This document shows, piece after piece, positions 10,044 through 18,521 of a DNA stretch of 64,000 bases. Numbering within the stretch: the stretch's first letter is position 1; every line of letters begins with the position of its first letter. The notes below the pieces were generated by a model. That model was not told the origin of the DNA and searched no databases. It saw nothing but the letters and a program-made list of their open reading frames with translations. A program made the translations under genes and the position numbers. The DNA is from Fimbriimonadales bacterium. Lineage in GTDB: Bacteria; Armatimonadota; Fimbriimonadia; Fimbriimonadales; ATM1. Location of the stretch: positions 64,001 to 128,000 of the forward strand of contig JBGTLG010000016.1 in the NCBI GenBank assembly GCA_041744215.1, in the 5' to 3' direction.

Positions 10044-10186
10044 ACCTCCGCGCATTATGGCGAACGCGATGGCCGAGGAGGCGCGGCTTCAGGCTGGCTG
10101 TAGGCAATAAGCATTCTGCTCTAGGTCAGGAGGGCGGCGAAAGTCAACTAACTCATGGCGAACCCGCTGGCTTGACCTGAGCCGCG

Positions 10187-10507
10187 TTACAGGAAGAGTA
10201 CGAGGATCCCGGCGATGTTTGCAACGATTGCCAGCGAGCCGAGGACTATCCCTGCGATGGCGTGGCCCCTCCCAACCAGAGCAGGAATTCGTTTGACTCT
10301 CTGCAATCCAAGTACACCGAAGATAAGCGCTGTTGGGCCGAGCACGAGGCCCAGGCAGGGAATCAGCGAAAAGACGCCGACGTAGTAGGCGGTCAAAGCC
10401 CACGGATTCTTGGTGGGGATCAGTTGCTCGAAGCCTGTAGCCTGCCCATGTTTGGGTGGGCCCTGCTCGGGCGGTTGAGACCAATCGGGTTGGTTACCGT
10501 TCGCCAT
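10187..10507 (-). CDS. DUF4190-like membrane protein
   Basis: Pro/Gln-rich N-terminus, IPTKNPWALTAYYVG and GRGHAIAGIVLG; start taken at MANGNQP. Confidence 0.75.
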   Translation of the reverse strand: MANGNQPDWSQPPEQGPPKHGQATGFEQLIPTKNPWALTAYYVGVFSLIPCLGLVLGPTALIFGVLGLQRVKRIPALVGRGHAIAGIVLGSLAIVANIAGILVLFL

Positions 10508-10615
10508 GGCAGCAATTATGGCGGACTGATTTAGACAACCCGACCGCGGGACCTTCTCACAAACGTCCCTCGGTCGCTTGGTCGGTGCTAGCAGTGGAGT
10601 ACCATTCGGAGTCAG

Positions 10616-11755
10616 ATGGCATTCTTCGCCCCGCAAGCGACCGTTCTTTCGGTCGTATCTCACGTTCGCCCTGCGTTCCGAGAATCAACGCTTCAATCTG
10701 CGGTGGATATCGCGCGCGAGTCGGGCGTCGATTCGATCCCGGTTGTGGCGGGCGGATTTCTTGTTGGCTCGGTTGCCCTGGCGGACCTGACGGCTGCTCT
10801 TCTCAGCGGAGCTTCGCCGCTCGATTCGGTCGAGACGATCATGCGGGAGCCGATGGTCGTGCTACCGAATGTCACTGTTGATCACGCAACCGAGGCGCTC
10901 AGAGCCGTTCGCGCTCAGACGCTCCTCGTTGCGGACACAGATGGTCGCTACGTCGGCGCGGTTCATGCGCTAGCGCTGTTTGGCCGAGCGGCGATTCCGG
11001 CGAGTCCAGGCCTGGTAGGCGGCATGGCGACTCCTGTGGGCGTGTACCTTACGAACGGCGAAGTCAGCGGAGGCGCAAAACCGAGCGCGCTTGTGATCAC
11101 CGGAGCGATGCTATTCATCACGTACTTCTTTGGAATCGCGGCGACGTACGGCGGTTTGCTCGTGGCTGAGAGCACGATGGGGACGCCTTTGATGGAGAAT
11201 GCGTTCAACGCGGTTGGTTGGCCCGGCGCAGTTTTTCAACTCGCCCCAGTCTTGGTGTTTCTCTTGCTGATTCGCCTCTCGCCGATTTCAGGAACTCATG
11301 CTGCGGAGCACATGGTTGTTCATGCGATCGAGCGCCGGGAGCCACTTGTCTACGAAGTCGTGTCTCGGATGCCGAGGGTGCACCCCCGATGCGGTACAAA
11401 CATCGCAGTCGGCGCGATGATGTTCATGGTACTTCTTGATTTCAGTTGGCGCTTTTTGGGCCAGATGGGGCCTTTGTTTGCGCTCGCGCTGACGGTGCTG
11501 ACTTGGCGTTCGATTGGCGGCGTAGTTCAGTACTTTGTAACGACGAAGCCGCCAAATCGAAGACAGGTGGAAGGCGCAATCGCGGCAGCAAACGAACTCC
11601 TCGAAAACTATCGAAACAGCGCACGCCTTTCGCCGAGTTTTTGGAGGCGGTTGGCCAAGAGCGGCTTGCCGTTTGTTTTGGCCGGCGCAATCGCAACTAG
11701 CTCGATTGCGTTGACGATCCTACACTTCATCGGTACGCCGATTCCGATCTGGTGA
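10616..11755 (+). CDS. CBS-pair + DUF1385 membrane protein
   Basis: N-terminal CBS-like repeats; GGMA..GV, HAAEHMVVHAIE, RVHPRCGTN and QYFVTTKPP typical of DUF1385. Confidence 0.78.
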   Translation: MAFFAPQATVLSVVSHVRPAFRESTLQSAVDIARESGVDSIPVVAGGFLVGSVALADLTAALLSGASPLDSVETIMREPMVVLPNVTVDHATEALRAVRAQTLLVADTDGRYVGAVHALALFGRAAIPASPGLVGGMATPVGVYLTNGEVSGGAKPSALVITGAMLFITYFFGIAATYGGLLVAESTMGTPLMENAFNAVGWPGAVFQLAPVLVFLLLIRLSPISGTHAAEHMVVHAIERREPLVYEVVSRMPRVHPRCGTNIAVGAMMFMVLLDFSWRFLGQMGPLFALALTVLTWRSIGGVVQYFVTTKPPNRRQVEGAIAAANELLENYRNSARLSPSFWRRLAKSGLPFVLAGAIATSSIALTILHFIGTPIPIW

Positions 11756-11758
11756 TCG

Positions 11759-12811
11759 TCAGCCGACCCGGATTGCCGCTTCTCCGGCGACCACTCGGCC
11801 GATACAAGCGAACCCTTCTATTGGCACTTTGCTGAAGATTGCCAGCCCACCGCTTGTCTGCGGATCTACAATGACTTCTTGAAGCCACGCCTGTACGGAA
11901 TTGGAAAAGGTGAGGTTGTCGCCAAGGTGCGCGCGTGTCTTCTTTGATCCGGCTGTGAGATTCTTGCGTTCGATCAGCGCTTGAACCCGGGGCAGAAGTG
12001 GGAGTGCTGCAGAGTCGATCTCGATTGCTACACCGCTCGATCGCGCGACATTGAATAGATGCCCCGCCAAGCCGAACCCTGTAATGTCGGTCGCACATTT
12101 TGCTCCGGCAAAAAGCGCTTTTTCCGAGGCATCGCGGTTGAGGTGCGCCATCCACGCTATAGCGACCCCGATGGGGGAGTCTTCGATCACTTTTGCGCCC
12201 GACGGCATAGCGACAGCATCTTCGACGAGCGAATCAAAGGCGAACTCATCGTCCCACTTCGCCGCACTTGTTATGACTCCCGTGCCGAGTGGCTTCGACA
12301 GATAGATCTTGTCACCCGGCTCTGCGCCCGCGTTGTGGAGCATCTGTGCCGGGTCGACAAGGCCCGTGACGGAGCAGCCGAACTTAGGCATGGGATCTTC
12401 GACACTATGTCCGCCGACGATGACCGCACCCGATTCGATCACCTTGTCCGACATGCCTTGCAGAATCCGGGCCCAAACCTCCGCTGGCGCCATCGAAGGA
12501 TCGAAACAGCAGATGTTCATCGCTGTAATCGGCCTGCCGCCCATGGCGTAGACGTCGCTCAACGCATTTGCCGCAGCGATTTGACCGTAAGAGTAAGGAT
12601 CATCGACAATTGGCGTGAAGAAGTCCATCGTTTGGACAAGCGCGTGTCGTTCTGTCACGCGAAAAACTCCCGCGTCGTCGTGAGTATCGAATCCGACGAG
12701 CAGGTCAGGATGAGAGCTACGCGGCAAAGCCGCAAGAACTTCCGCCAACTGCGAAAGGCCCAGCTTGCTCGCTCAACCAGCGCAATCGACGAGTTTTGTG
12801 AGTCGCGTCAC
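11759..12811 (-). CDS. selD: selenide, water dikinase (selenophosphate synthetase), Sec-containing
   Basis: DDAGV, QTMDFFTPIVDDP, ANALSDVYAMGG, GGHS, DITGFGLAGH and DPQTSGGL; upstream in-frame MTRLTKLVDCAG(TGA)ASKLG with TGA at 12773-12775. Confidence 0.95.
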
Positions 12812-12830
12812 AGAGAGAGCATACCGACTG

Positions 12831-12862
12831 CAAGAAAGGCGGGGGCCTTTGATGGCCCCCGC
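12831..12862 (-). terminator. intrinsic terminator of candidate sRNA
   Basis: Perfect 9-bp stem GCGGGGGCC-ATCAAA-GGCCCCCGC followed by CTTTCTT. Confidence 0.75.
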
Positions 12863-12908
12863 AGTGGTCCTCTCCTCCTCCGGCTTTGGCCGGGGAGAGG
12901 CTTTCGCC
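12831..12908 (-). ncRNA. candidate small regulatory RNA (~80 nt), unassigned family
   Basis: Bounded by a consensus promoter and a terminator; internal hairpin CCTCTCC-CCGGC-CAAA-GCCGG-AGGA-GGAGAGG. Confidence 0.5.
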
Positions 12909-12914
12909 ATGTCC

Positions 12915-12943
12915 AATATATACGAATTCGAGGGCGGAGTCAA
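12915..12943 (-). promoter_or_regulatory. sigma70-type promoter
   Basis: TTGACT-17 nt-TATATT on the minus strand with an upstream A-tract. Confidence 0.75.
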
Positions 12944-12981
12944 CAAGTTTTTTACTGAATTTGTGAAATGTTAGCAATACA

Positions 12982-13755
12982 CTATCCCGGCTTCGCCGCT
13001 GACCACACAAAAGCCTGCCCGGTTAGTTCGGCAGATGCGAATCCGTCCAGCACCTGCGACCGGAAAGCGACGCGATTAGCTTCGCCCATCCTGGCGTACA
13101 GAGTCGACAACGGGCCAGCAAGGGACACGACCTGGTCGAATGCCTGTTCGGTAGGCAAGTCGGAATAGTAGGGGACGGCGATTTCGACAGCCGAGACGTC
13201 AACGTATCCTGCTCGTGCGAGCAGGTCACGGACTTCGTCGGCATTCGAGAGGCGGAAAGCGCCCGGATCGTTCGGTTGCGGCAAATTGAGGCCGAGCATT
13301 TCGATGGCAAGTTTTGTCGGAGGGCCAACCCAGAGATTTCTTTCAGGTGGCCCCCACGTCGAGAAGACAAGATGGCCACCAGGTTTTATGGCGCGAATCG
13401 ACTGCTCTAGCGCCGTGGGGACGTCGGCTGCAAAGATCAGCCCGAATCGAGACACGAGCGCGTCGAAGGCGCCGTCTCGGAAAGGAAGCGGGTGGAATGA
13501 GCCCAGTACGGCGCAGCCGTGCGCCGCGATCATGTCTTCTGCGATGTCGAGCCCGACTACGCGCCACGCAGGCGGGTGAGACAAGGAGCCTGCGCCACAG
13601 CCGAGGTCTGCAAGAAGGCCGCCAGTATCTCCGAGCGCGCTATTTATCGCAATCGTAATCGGTTTGAACCATGTCTCGACTTCGTCTGCGCCGACACGCC
13701 ACTTGTCCGCGACGTGCTCCCAAATGCGCTTTTGCTTGGCTTCCTGTTCTTTCAT
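12982..13755 (-). CDS. class I SAM-dependent methyltransferase
   Basis: ADLGCGAG, VVGLDIA, LPFRDGAFD, SRFGLIF and IKPGG; ATGA overlap with the ROK gene. Confidence 0.88.
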   Translation of the reverse strand: MKEQEAKQKRIWEHVADKWRVGADEVETWFKPITIAINSALGDTGGLLADLGCGAGSLSHPPAWRVVGLDIAEDMIAAHGCAVLGSFHPLPFRDGAFDALVSRFGLIFAADVPTALEQSIRAIKPGGHLVFSTWGPPERNLWVGPPTKLAIEMLGLNLPQPNDPGAFRLSNADEVRDLLARAGYVDVSAVEIAVPYYSDLPTEQAFDQVVSLAGPLSTLYARMGEANRVAFRSQVLDGFASAELTGQAFVWSAAKPG

Positions 13756-14729
13756 TCGACAGCTTCCCAAGCAATCACAGTCGCCCCGAGGAGGCCAGCA
13801 TCTTCAAGTTTGTCAGCGACAACTACTTTACAGTCCGGCCACAATGTCGGAATCGCATTCCTTTTCGCGACATCGATCGCGTTCGCCAGGAAATGCTGTT
13901 GCGCCTTCGCGATTTGTCCCGCGATCGCAAGGATCTCGACAGCGAAACCATTTATCAGGTTTCCAATAAGGACTCCTAGGTACTCTCCCGTTTCCTCCCA
14001 AAACTCGATCGCCCCTTTGTGACCTTCGTCGGCAAAGTCAGCGAGTACTTTCGGAGTCAGCACAATGTCTTCTGGAATTCTTGGCATCGCACGACGAAGC
14101 ATGCCGTTAGTTCCGAGATAAGCTTCTACACATCCTCTTGCGCCGCACGAGCACTCCGCGCCGTCCTTTTCGATCACGAGATGTCCGAACTCGACGCCGC
14201 CTCCGTTTCCGCCAACGAGCATTGTCGGCCTGGAGAGCCCGCCGGACACACATGCAGGCGTGAGCACCACGCCGGTGCCAACCCCTGTTCCGAGTGTGAT
14301 TAGTGCGAGCCCTTTTGCGATGCCTTTTCCGGAGCCATACCAATACTCTCCAAGAGCCGCGACGTTCGCGTCGTTGCCCATCACCACAGGAGTCCCAAGG
14401 CTGTCTCGGATTGGGCCAACCAGATCGACGTCGCGATAGCAACGGAACTCGCCGGCGACTATTTCGCCGAAGTTAGGCGCCCATCTTACAAGATCACCGT
14501 CGATGTGACCTGGGACGGCTAAGCCAACTGCGGCGAGGTGCCGCTGGCCCTTTGCTTGGAGGATAGCTCCGATCGTCGCGTCGATCGTTTTCTGGCTGCC
14601 TTCTTGGGCCCGGGACGCGGCCTCCACCCTCGGCCCAGCCGGCCTCCCAGTTTCATCGAACGCTGCTGCCCGCACATTTGTGCCCCCCAAATCAACGCCG
14701 ACAACGACCGAATCAGTCACTCGGGACAT
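13752..14729 (-). CDS. ROK family sugar kinase (glucokinase-like)
   Basis: GVDLGGT, NDANVAALGE, TLGTGVG, EFGH and CSCGARGCVE. Confidence 0.93.
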   Translation of the reverse strand: MSRVTDSVVVGVDLGGTNVRAAAFDETGRPAGPRVEAASRAQEGSQKTIDATIGAILQAKGQRHLAAVGLAVPGHIDGDLVRWAPNFGEIVAGEFRCYRDVDLVGPIRDSLGTPVVMGNDANVAALGEYWYGSGKGIAKGLALITLGTGVGTGVVLTPACVSGGLSRPTMLVGGNGGGVEFGHLVIEKDGAECSCGARGCVEAYLGTNGMLRRAMPRIPEDIVLTPKVLADFADEGHKGAIEFWEETGEYLGVLIGNLINGFAVEILAIAGQIAKAQQHFLANAIDVAKRNAIPTLWPDCKVVVADKLEDAGLLGATVIAWEAVE

Positions 14730-14749
14730 TTTATCGTAAACAATGGGCC

Positions 14750-15694
14750 ATGGCTTTGCCGTCTGGTCCGCTCAAGCAGATCGCGCTCGACTCGGGGTTC
14801 GACCTCGCTGGCGTGTGCCCTGCAGTAGAACCGGCGCACTTCGACGCTTACCTTGAATGGATTGCCCGCGGAATGTATGCGGGTATGGACTGGATGGCGC
14901 GATCGCGAGAGGCGCGCGGGTCGCCCACGAGTCTGCTGGAGGGGTGCAGGTCAGTGCTCGCTGTGGGTCTGAACTATGCGCAGGAGAACGAGGTAACCCG
15001 ATGTGATGGTTCTCTGAAAGTCGCGAAGTACGCGTGGGGGCGCGATTATCATAAGGTTCTGAGATCGAAGTTAAAGCGGGTCGTTCGCAATTTGGAGGTG
15101 CAATATCCGGGGATTCGGTCTCGGATATGTGTGGATTCTGCGCCGATTTTGGAACGGGAGTACGCGTGGCTCGCTGGGATCGGGTGGTATGGAAAGAACT
15201 CGTGCGTGATCAACACCGAGCGGGGGAGTTGGTTCTTTATCGGGTTGCTTCTGCTAGATCAAGAGTTCGAGAGCGACACACCGGCAAGCGGCGGGTGTGG
15301 CACTTGCAGCGCCTGCATCGACGCTTGTCCTACAGGGGCGTTAGTCGTGCGCGAGGATTCACCAGTCGCGTTCGTCGATTCAAGCAGGTGCATCAGCTAC
15401 CTAACGATTGAGCATAAAGGTGAGTTTAGTGAGTTGGAGTCCACCATGCTGAACGGTTGGGTGTTTGGTTGCGATGTTTGCCAAGACGTTTGTCCGTTCA
15501 ATCGCGCCCGTCTTCACCACCCTTTGCGTGCGAAAGCAACGACGGAGAAAGACTTTGCTCCGAGGCCACAGAATATATCGCCCGACGCCGACTTCCTGTC
15601 AAAAGCGAGCGAAGAAGAGTTTGTGGATTTGTACAAAGGTTCCGCGCTGATGCGCGCTGGGGTTAAGCGCATGAAGAGGAATCTTCTGAGGTGA
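14750..15694 (+). CDS. queG: epoxyqueuosine reductase
   Basis: YAWGRDYH, VDSAPILER, GWYGKN, CGTCSACIDACPTGA, CISYLTIE and GCDVCQDVCPFN. Confidence 0.95.
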   Translation: MALPSGPLKQIALDSGFDLAGVCPAVEPAHFDAYLEWIARGMYAGMDWMARSREARGSPTSLLEGCRSVLAVGLNYAQENEVTRCDGSLKVAKYAWGRDYHKVLRSKLKRVVRNLEVQYPGIRSRICVDSAPILEREYAWLAGIGWYGKNSCVINTERGSWFFIGLLLLDQEFESDTPASGGCGTCSACIDACPTGALVVREDSPVAFVDSSRCISYLTIEHKGEFSELESTMLNGWVFGCDVCQDVCPFNRARLHHPLRAKATTEKDFAPRPQNISPDADFLSKASEEEFVDLYKGSALMRAGVKRMKRNLLR

Positions 15695-16468
15695 CTACCA
15701 CTTTTCCTCTCCGATTCCCTCGACTCCTCCGAGCTGTAAATCGAGTTCTGTGCGAGTTTCGATTTTCGCGATCTCGCCATCACGTACGTAGACTATGCGG
15801 TCAGATACATCGAGCATTTTGAGGTCATGCGTGGCGGAGATGATGGTTACTCCCCGGTCTTCGTTCAGCATGCGGAGCAGATCGATGATTTCTTTCCCAG
15901 TTTTGAGATCGAGGTTTCCGGTCGGTTCGTCGGCGAGGATGATTGCGGGATCATTTGCGAGTGCTCGGGCGATCGCGACTCGCTGCTGCTGACCACCGGA
16001 CAACTCCGTCGGCCTATGATGGAGTCGGTCGCCGAGTCCGACAGAGGCGAGCAACTCGACACCCTTCTCGTCAGCGTCATCTGCGCTTAGTCCGGCGAAG
16101 AGCATCGGGAGCGTGACGTTTTCGAGTGCTGTTCGAACCTGAATCAGATTAAACGTTTGAAAGATGTATCCAATCGTTCTGTTGCGCAGGTATGCAAGCT
16201 CAGGCGGCGATAGCTGGGCGATGTCGACTTCGTTTATGTAGACGCTGCCTCCAGTCGGCTTGTCGAGTCCTCCGACCATATTGAACAGCGTGCTCTTACC
16301 GCTTCCGCTCGGTCCCATGATACTGACGTATTCGCCTCGCTGCACATCCAGCGAAACCCCACGCAGCGCATGTACTACTTCGTCACCGAGATGGTAGAGC
16401 TTTTGTACGTCGCGCGTACGTACTATAAGCTCGGATTCGAAGGCGGGGTTTGCGGCGATGGGCTTCAC
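15695..16468 (-). CDS. ABC transporter ATP-binding protein (LolD/MacB type)
   Basis: GPSGSGKST, LSGGQQQRVAIARAL, ADEPTGNLD and ATHD. Confidence 0.95.
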   Translation of the reverse strand: MKPIAANPAFESELIVRTRDVQKLYHLGDEVVHALRGVSLDVQRGEYVSIMGPSGSGKSTLFNMVGGLDKPTGGSVYINEVDIAQLSPPELAYLRNRTIGYIFQTFNLIQVRTALENVTLPMLFAGLSADDADEKGVELLASVGLGDRLHHRPTELSGGQQQRVAIARALANDPAIILADEPTGNLDLKTGKEIIDLLRMLNEDRGVTIISATHDLKMLDVSDRIVYVRDGEIAKIETRTELDLQLGGVEGIGEEKW

Positions 16469-17047
16469 CTAAACCTCAACTCTCAGCGCCGCGGCTGCGG
16501 GCATTCTCGCTGCCTGGATAGCGGGCAGGATTGCGGCGAGGATGGTGATCAAGGATCCAATTGCCACCGCGGTGCCGACAATCGGGGCCCAGGCAGCGCC
16601 AAGCAGCCCCAATGAGTTTGTGCCATCGGTGACGAAGCGGACGCATACCATCACAAGTACGCCAAGGACTGCGCCGACCGCGGACGACATGACCCCAATC
16701 AGGAGCGCTTCCAAAAAGAAAACCTTAACGATGAATGAGTTTGTCGCGCCCAGACATTTGAACGTTCCGATTTCCTTGTATCGTTCTGTGACACTCATTA
16801 GCATCGCATTCGTGATACCGACGAGGCACATCAACAACGAAAGGAACACCAGCCAGCTAAGTTTGGCTGCGCTTTCTTCAGAGTGGGGATCCCCGGCTGC
16901 CAATGCAAGGCTCGTTCGCACGCTTGCGTAGAAGGCGATTCCCAAAAGTACGCCGATTGCGGTCGCGAACTGCCGCGACAGTCGCATGCGAATACTTTTT
17001 ATCGCTTGCTTGAGGGCAACAGCTAGAGGCGGGTCCTTTTGCTTCAT
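16469..17047 (-). CDS. FtsX/MacB-like ABC permease (short, 4 TM)
   Basis: ITNAMLMSVTERYKEIGTFKCLGA...EALL and PA.QAARM.AA.ALR; no large periplasmic loop. Confidence 0.88.
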   Translation of the reverse strand: MKQKDPPLAVALKQAIKSIRMRLSRQFATAIGVLLGIAFYASVRTSLALAAGDPHSEESAAKLSWLVFLSLLMCLVGITNAMLMSVTERYKEIGTFKCLGATNSFIVKVFFLEALLIGVMSSAVGAVLGVLVMVCVRFVTDGTNSLGLLGAAWAPIVGTAVAIGSLITILAAILPAIQAARMPAAAALRVEV

Positions 17048-17427
17048 TTCTTCGGCACCTCGAGAGCAATGTACTTTCGCTTCATGAGTGTCTCCAAGAA
17101 TGCAAGGAGCGACGCTTCTGCCTCTACCTTAGTGAGCTTGTACTCCCTCTGCAAAGCCTCAACAATTCCCTGTACTGATCGTTTTCCATCGCAGAGATTC
17201 CAGACGAAAGCGCCTACTTGCTCAAGCTCCACTTGCTTGTCATCCGGTACGACTTTGCCCACCGTTCTTCCAAGAAAGCCGCGCTGAGTTACCGGTACGA
17301 ACAGCATGATACACCCGTCATCTGAGGATTCGAAGCGAATCGCAGGGTTGCGAATCGGGCGTGCGCGGCGAATGTCGGAGCGATTCGCCCGAGGCTGTTT
17401 GCGAAAGTTCAGTCGAAGAAGTCCCAT
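17044..17427 (-). CDS. PqqD family / RRE peptide-binding protein
   Basis: ELEQVGAFVWNLCDGKRSVQGIVEALQREY...EASLLAFLETLMKRKYI PqqD-like pattern. Confidence 0.82.
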   Translation of the reverse strand: MGLLRLNFRKQPRANRSDIRRARPIRNPAIRFESSDDGCIMLFVPVTQRGFLGRTVGKVVPDDKQVELEQVGAFVWNLCDGKRSVQGIVEALQREYKLTKVEAEASLLAFLETLMKRKYIALEVPKK

Positions 17428-18194
17428 TGTGGCGCGTGAGCCCTTGAGTGTACTGCGTTGATGACCAAGAGTTGGTTTCGCTCTTGATCATGCATCACCA
17501 GTGCGGTTCTTCGTCCCTTGTTTAGGCGAATTCCATCTTTGCCAACCTCGCAGTCGGCCTTGATGCCGGTCGCGGCGACTGCCCAGCCGCAAAAGTCGTG
17601 CTTTGCGAGCAGCTGCGAGGCGAACGCCCACCGATCGACCGTGAACTTCTCCAGCCGACGCTTGAATACAAGCGTCGTTCGCCCACTGAGGAGCTTGAAC
17701 GAGGACAACTGGAGGTTGGCGGGCAGCCAAACCGAGACGCCGAGAATGCTCCAGGGGATTGGGCTTCCCGTGTGACACTCGACGGAATCTACTAGTTCGC
17801 GCGCCTCTCGCTTGAAGCTGTCACCGCTTCTCCCCGATCGCTCGACAAACATGACCCTCCTGGCCTCGGGCTCGAACCACATTCGCCCATATCCTTTCGC
17901 GCCTGCGTGCCACTCATAGTCCACCGCCCCCGACTCGAGAATGTCGATATTGGAGCGAAAAGCCTGCCGGCTCCGCTTTGCCGTTCTTTCGATTTGCGAG
18001 AAGTAGGCCAGCACCCGTCGATTGATTCCGGTCACGGGCTTTGAGGCTTTCCAGCGGACTTGAATGACAGCTTCCCTCTCGCCTTCGAGGCGTACATAGC
18101 CTTCTCTTTGGGTGCCCGAAAGCACAGCAGGGCGCCATTCGCCCCCGACAGGAAGAGAGAAACCTTGCCAGGCAAAACGGTCGCCCAGGTTCAA
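17409..18194 (-). CDS. hypothetical protein
   Basis: 261-aa ORF coupled to the PqqD gene; internal duplication-like FAWQGFSLPV / PWSILGVSVWLP; no recognised catalytic motif. Confidence 0.75.
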   Translation of the reverse strand: MNLGDRFAWQGFSLPVGGEWRPAVLSGTQREGYVRLEGEREAVIQVRWKASKPVTGINRRVLAYFSQIERTAKRSRQAFRSNIDILESGAVDYEWHAGAKGYGRMWFEPEARRVMFVERSGRSGDSFKREARELVDSVECHTGSPIPWSILGVSVWLPANLQLSSFKLLSGRTTLVFKRRLEKFTVDRWAFASQLLAKHDFCGWAVAATGIKADCEVGKDGIRLNKGRRTALVMHDQERNQLLVINAVHSRAHAPQWDFFD

Positions 18195-18203
18195 ATTACG
18201 GCT

Positions 18204-18437
18204 CTAAGCGGACTTTTCGTCTTCGTCTAGCCCGCGTGAGGACTCGGCTTTTGCAGCTTCCATGGTCCGTTTACCTTCCTCGACTCCGCGCTGGAACTCG
18301 CCCATCCCTTTGCCAAGGCCGCGCATCAGCTGCGGGATCTTTGCGCCTCCGAAAAGCAAGAGAATGATGATGCCAATGATCATCAGTTCATTGGTGCTCA
18401 GAAATGCCAACGTCGAGTTTAGGAGTTCCATAATCAT
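18204..18437 (-). CDS. tatA: twin-arginine translocase TatA/E
   Basis: ELMIIGIIILLLFGGAKIPQLMRGLGKGMGEFQRG. Confidence 0.93.
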   Translation of the reverse strand: MIMELLNSTLAFLSTNELMIIGIIILLLFGGAKIPQLMRGLGKGMGEFQRGVEEGKRTMEAAKAESSRGLDEDEKSA

Positions 18438-18521
18438 CGGCCTACCCCCAATTATACGCCCGTTCCGGCAAAAACTACAGGGAAGGGCCGCCATGGGCTG
18501 TTTCGCGGCTAAAATCTGCGG

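Noticed and set aside
10056-10186. Inverted repeats (AGGTCAG..CTTGACCT, GCGGCT..AGCCGC) upstream of pfkA
   Set aside because: Imperfect, with no recognisable RNA family or U-tract; plausible by chance at this GC content.
12831-12910. Possible tRNA-Sec next to selD
   Set aside because: No cloverleaf, UCA anticodon loop, T-loop or CCA end.
12961-12977. Rex operator call for TTGTGAAATGTTAGCAA
   Set aside because: One base shorter than the 18-bp Rex consensus with a mismatched right arm; kept only as an unassigned palindrome.
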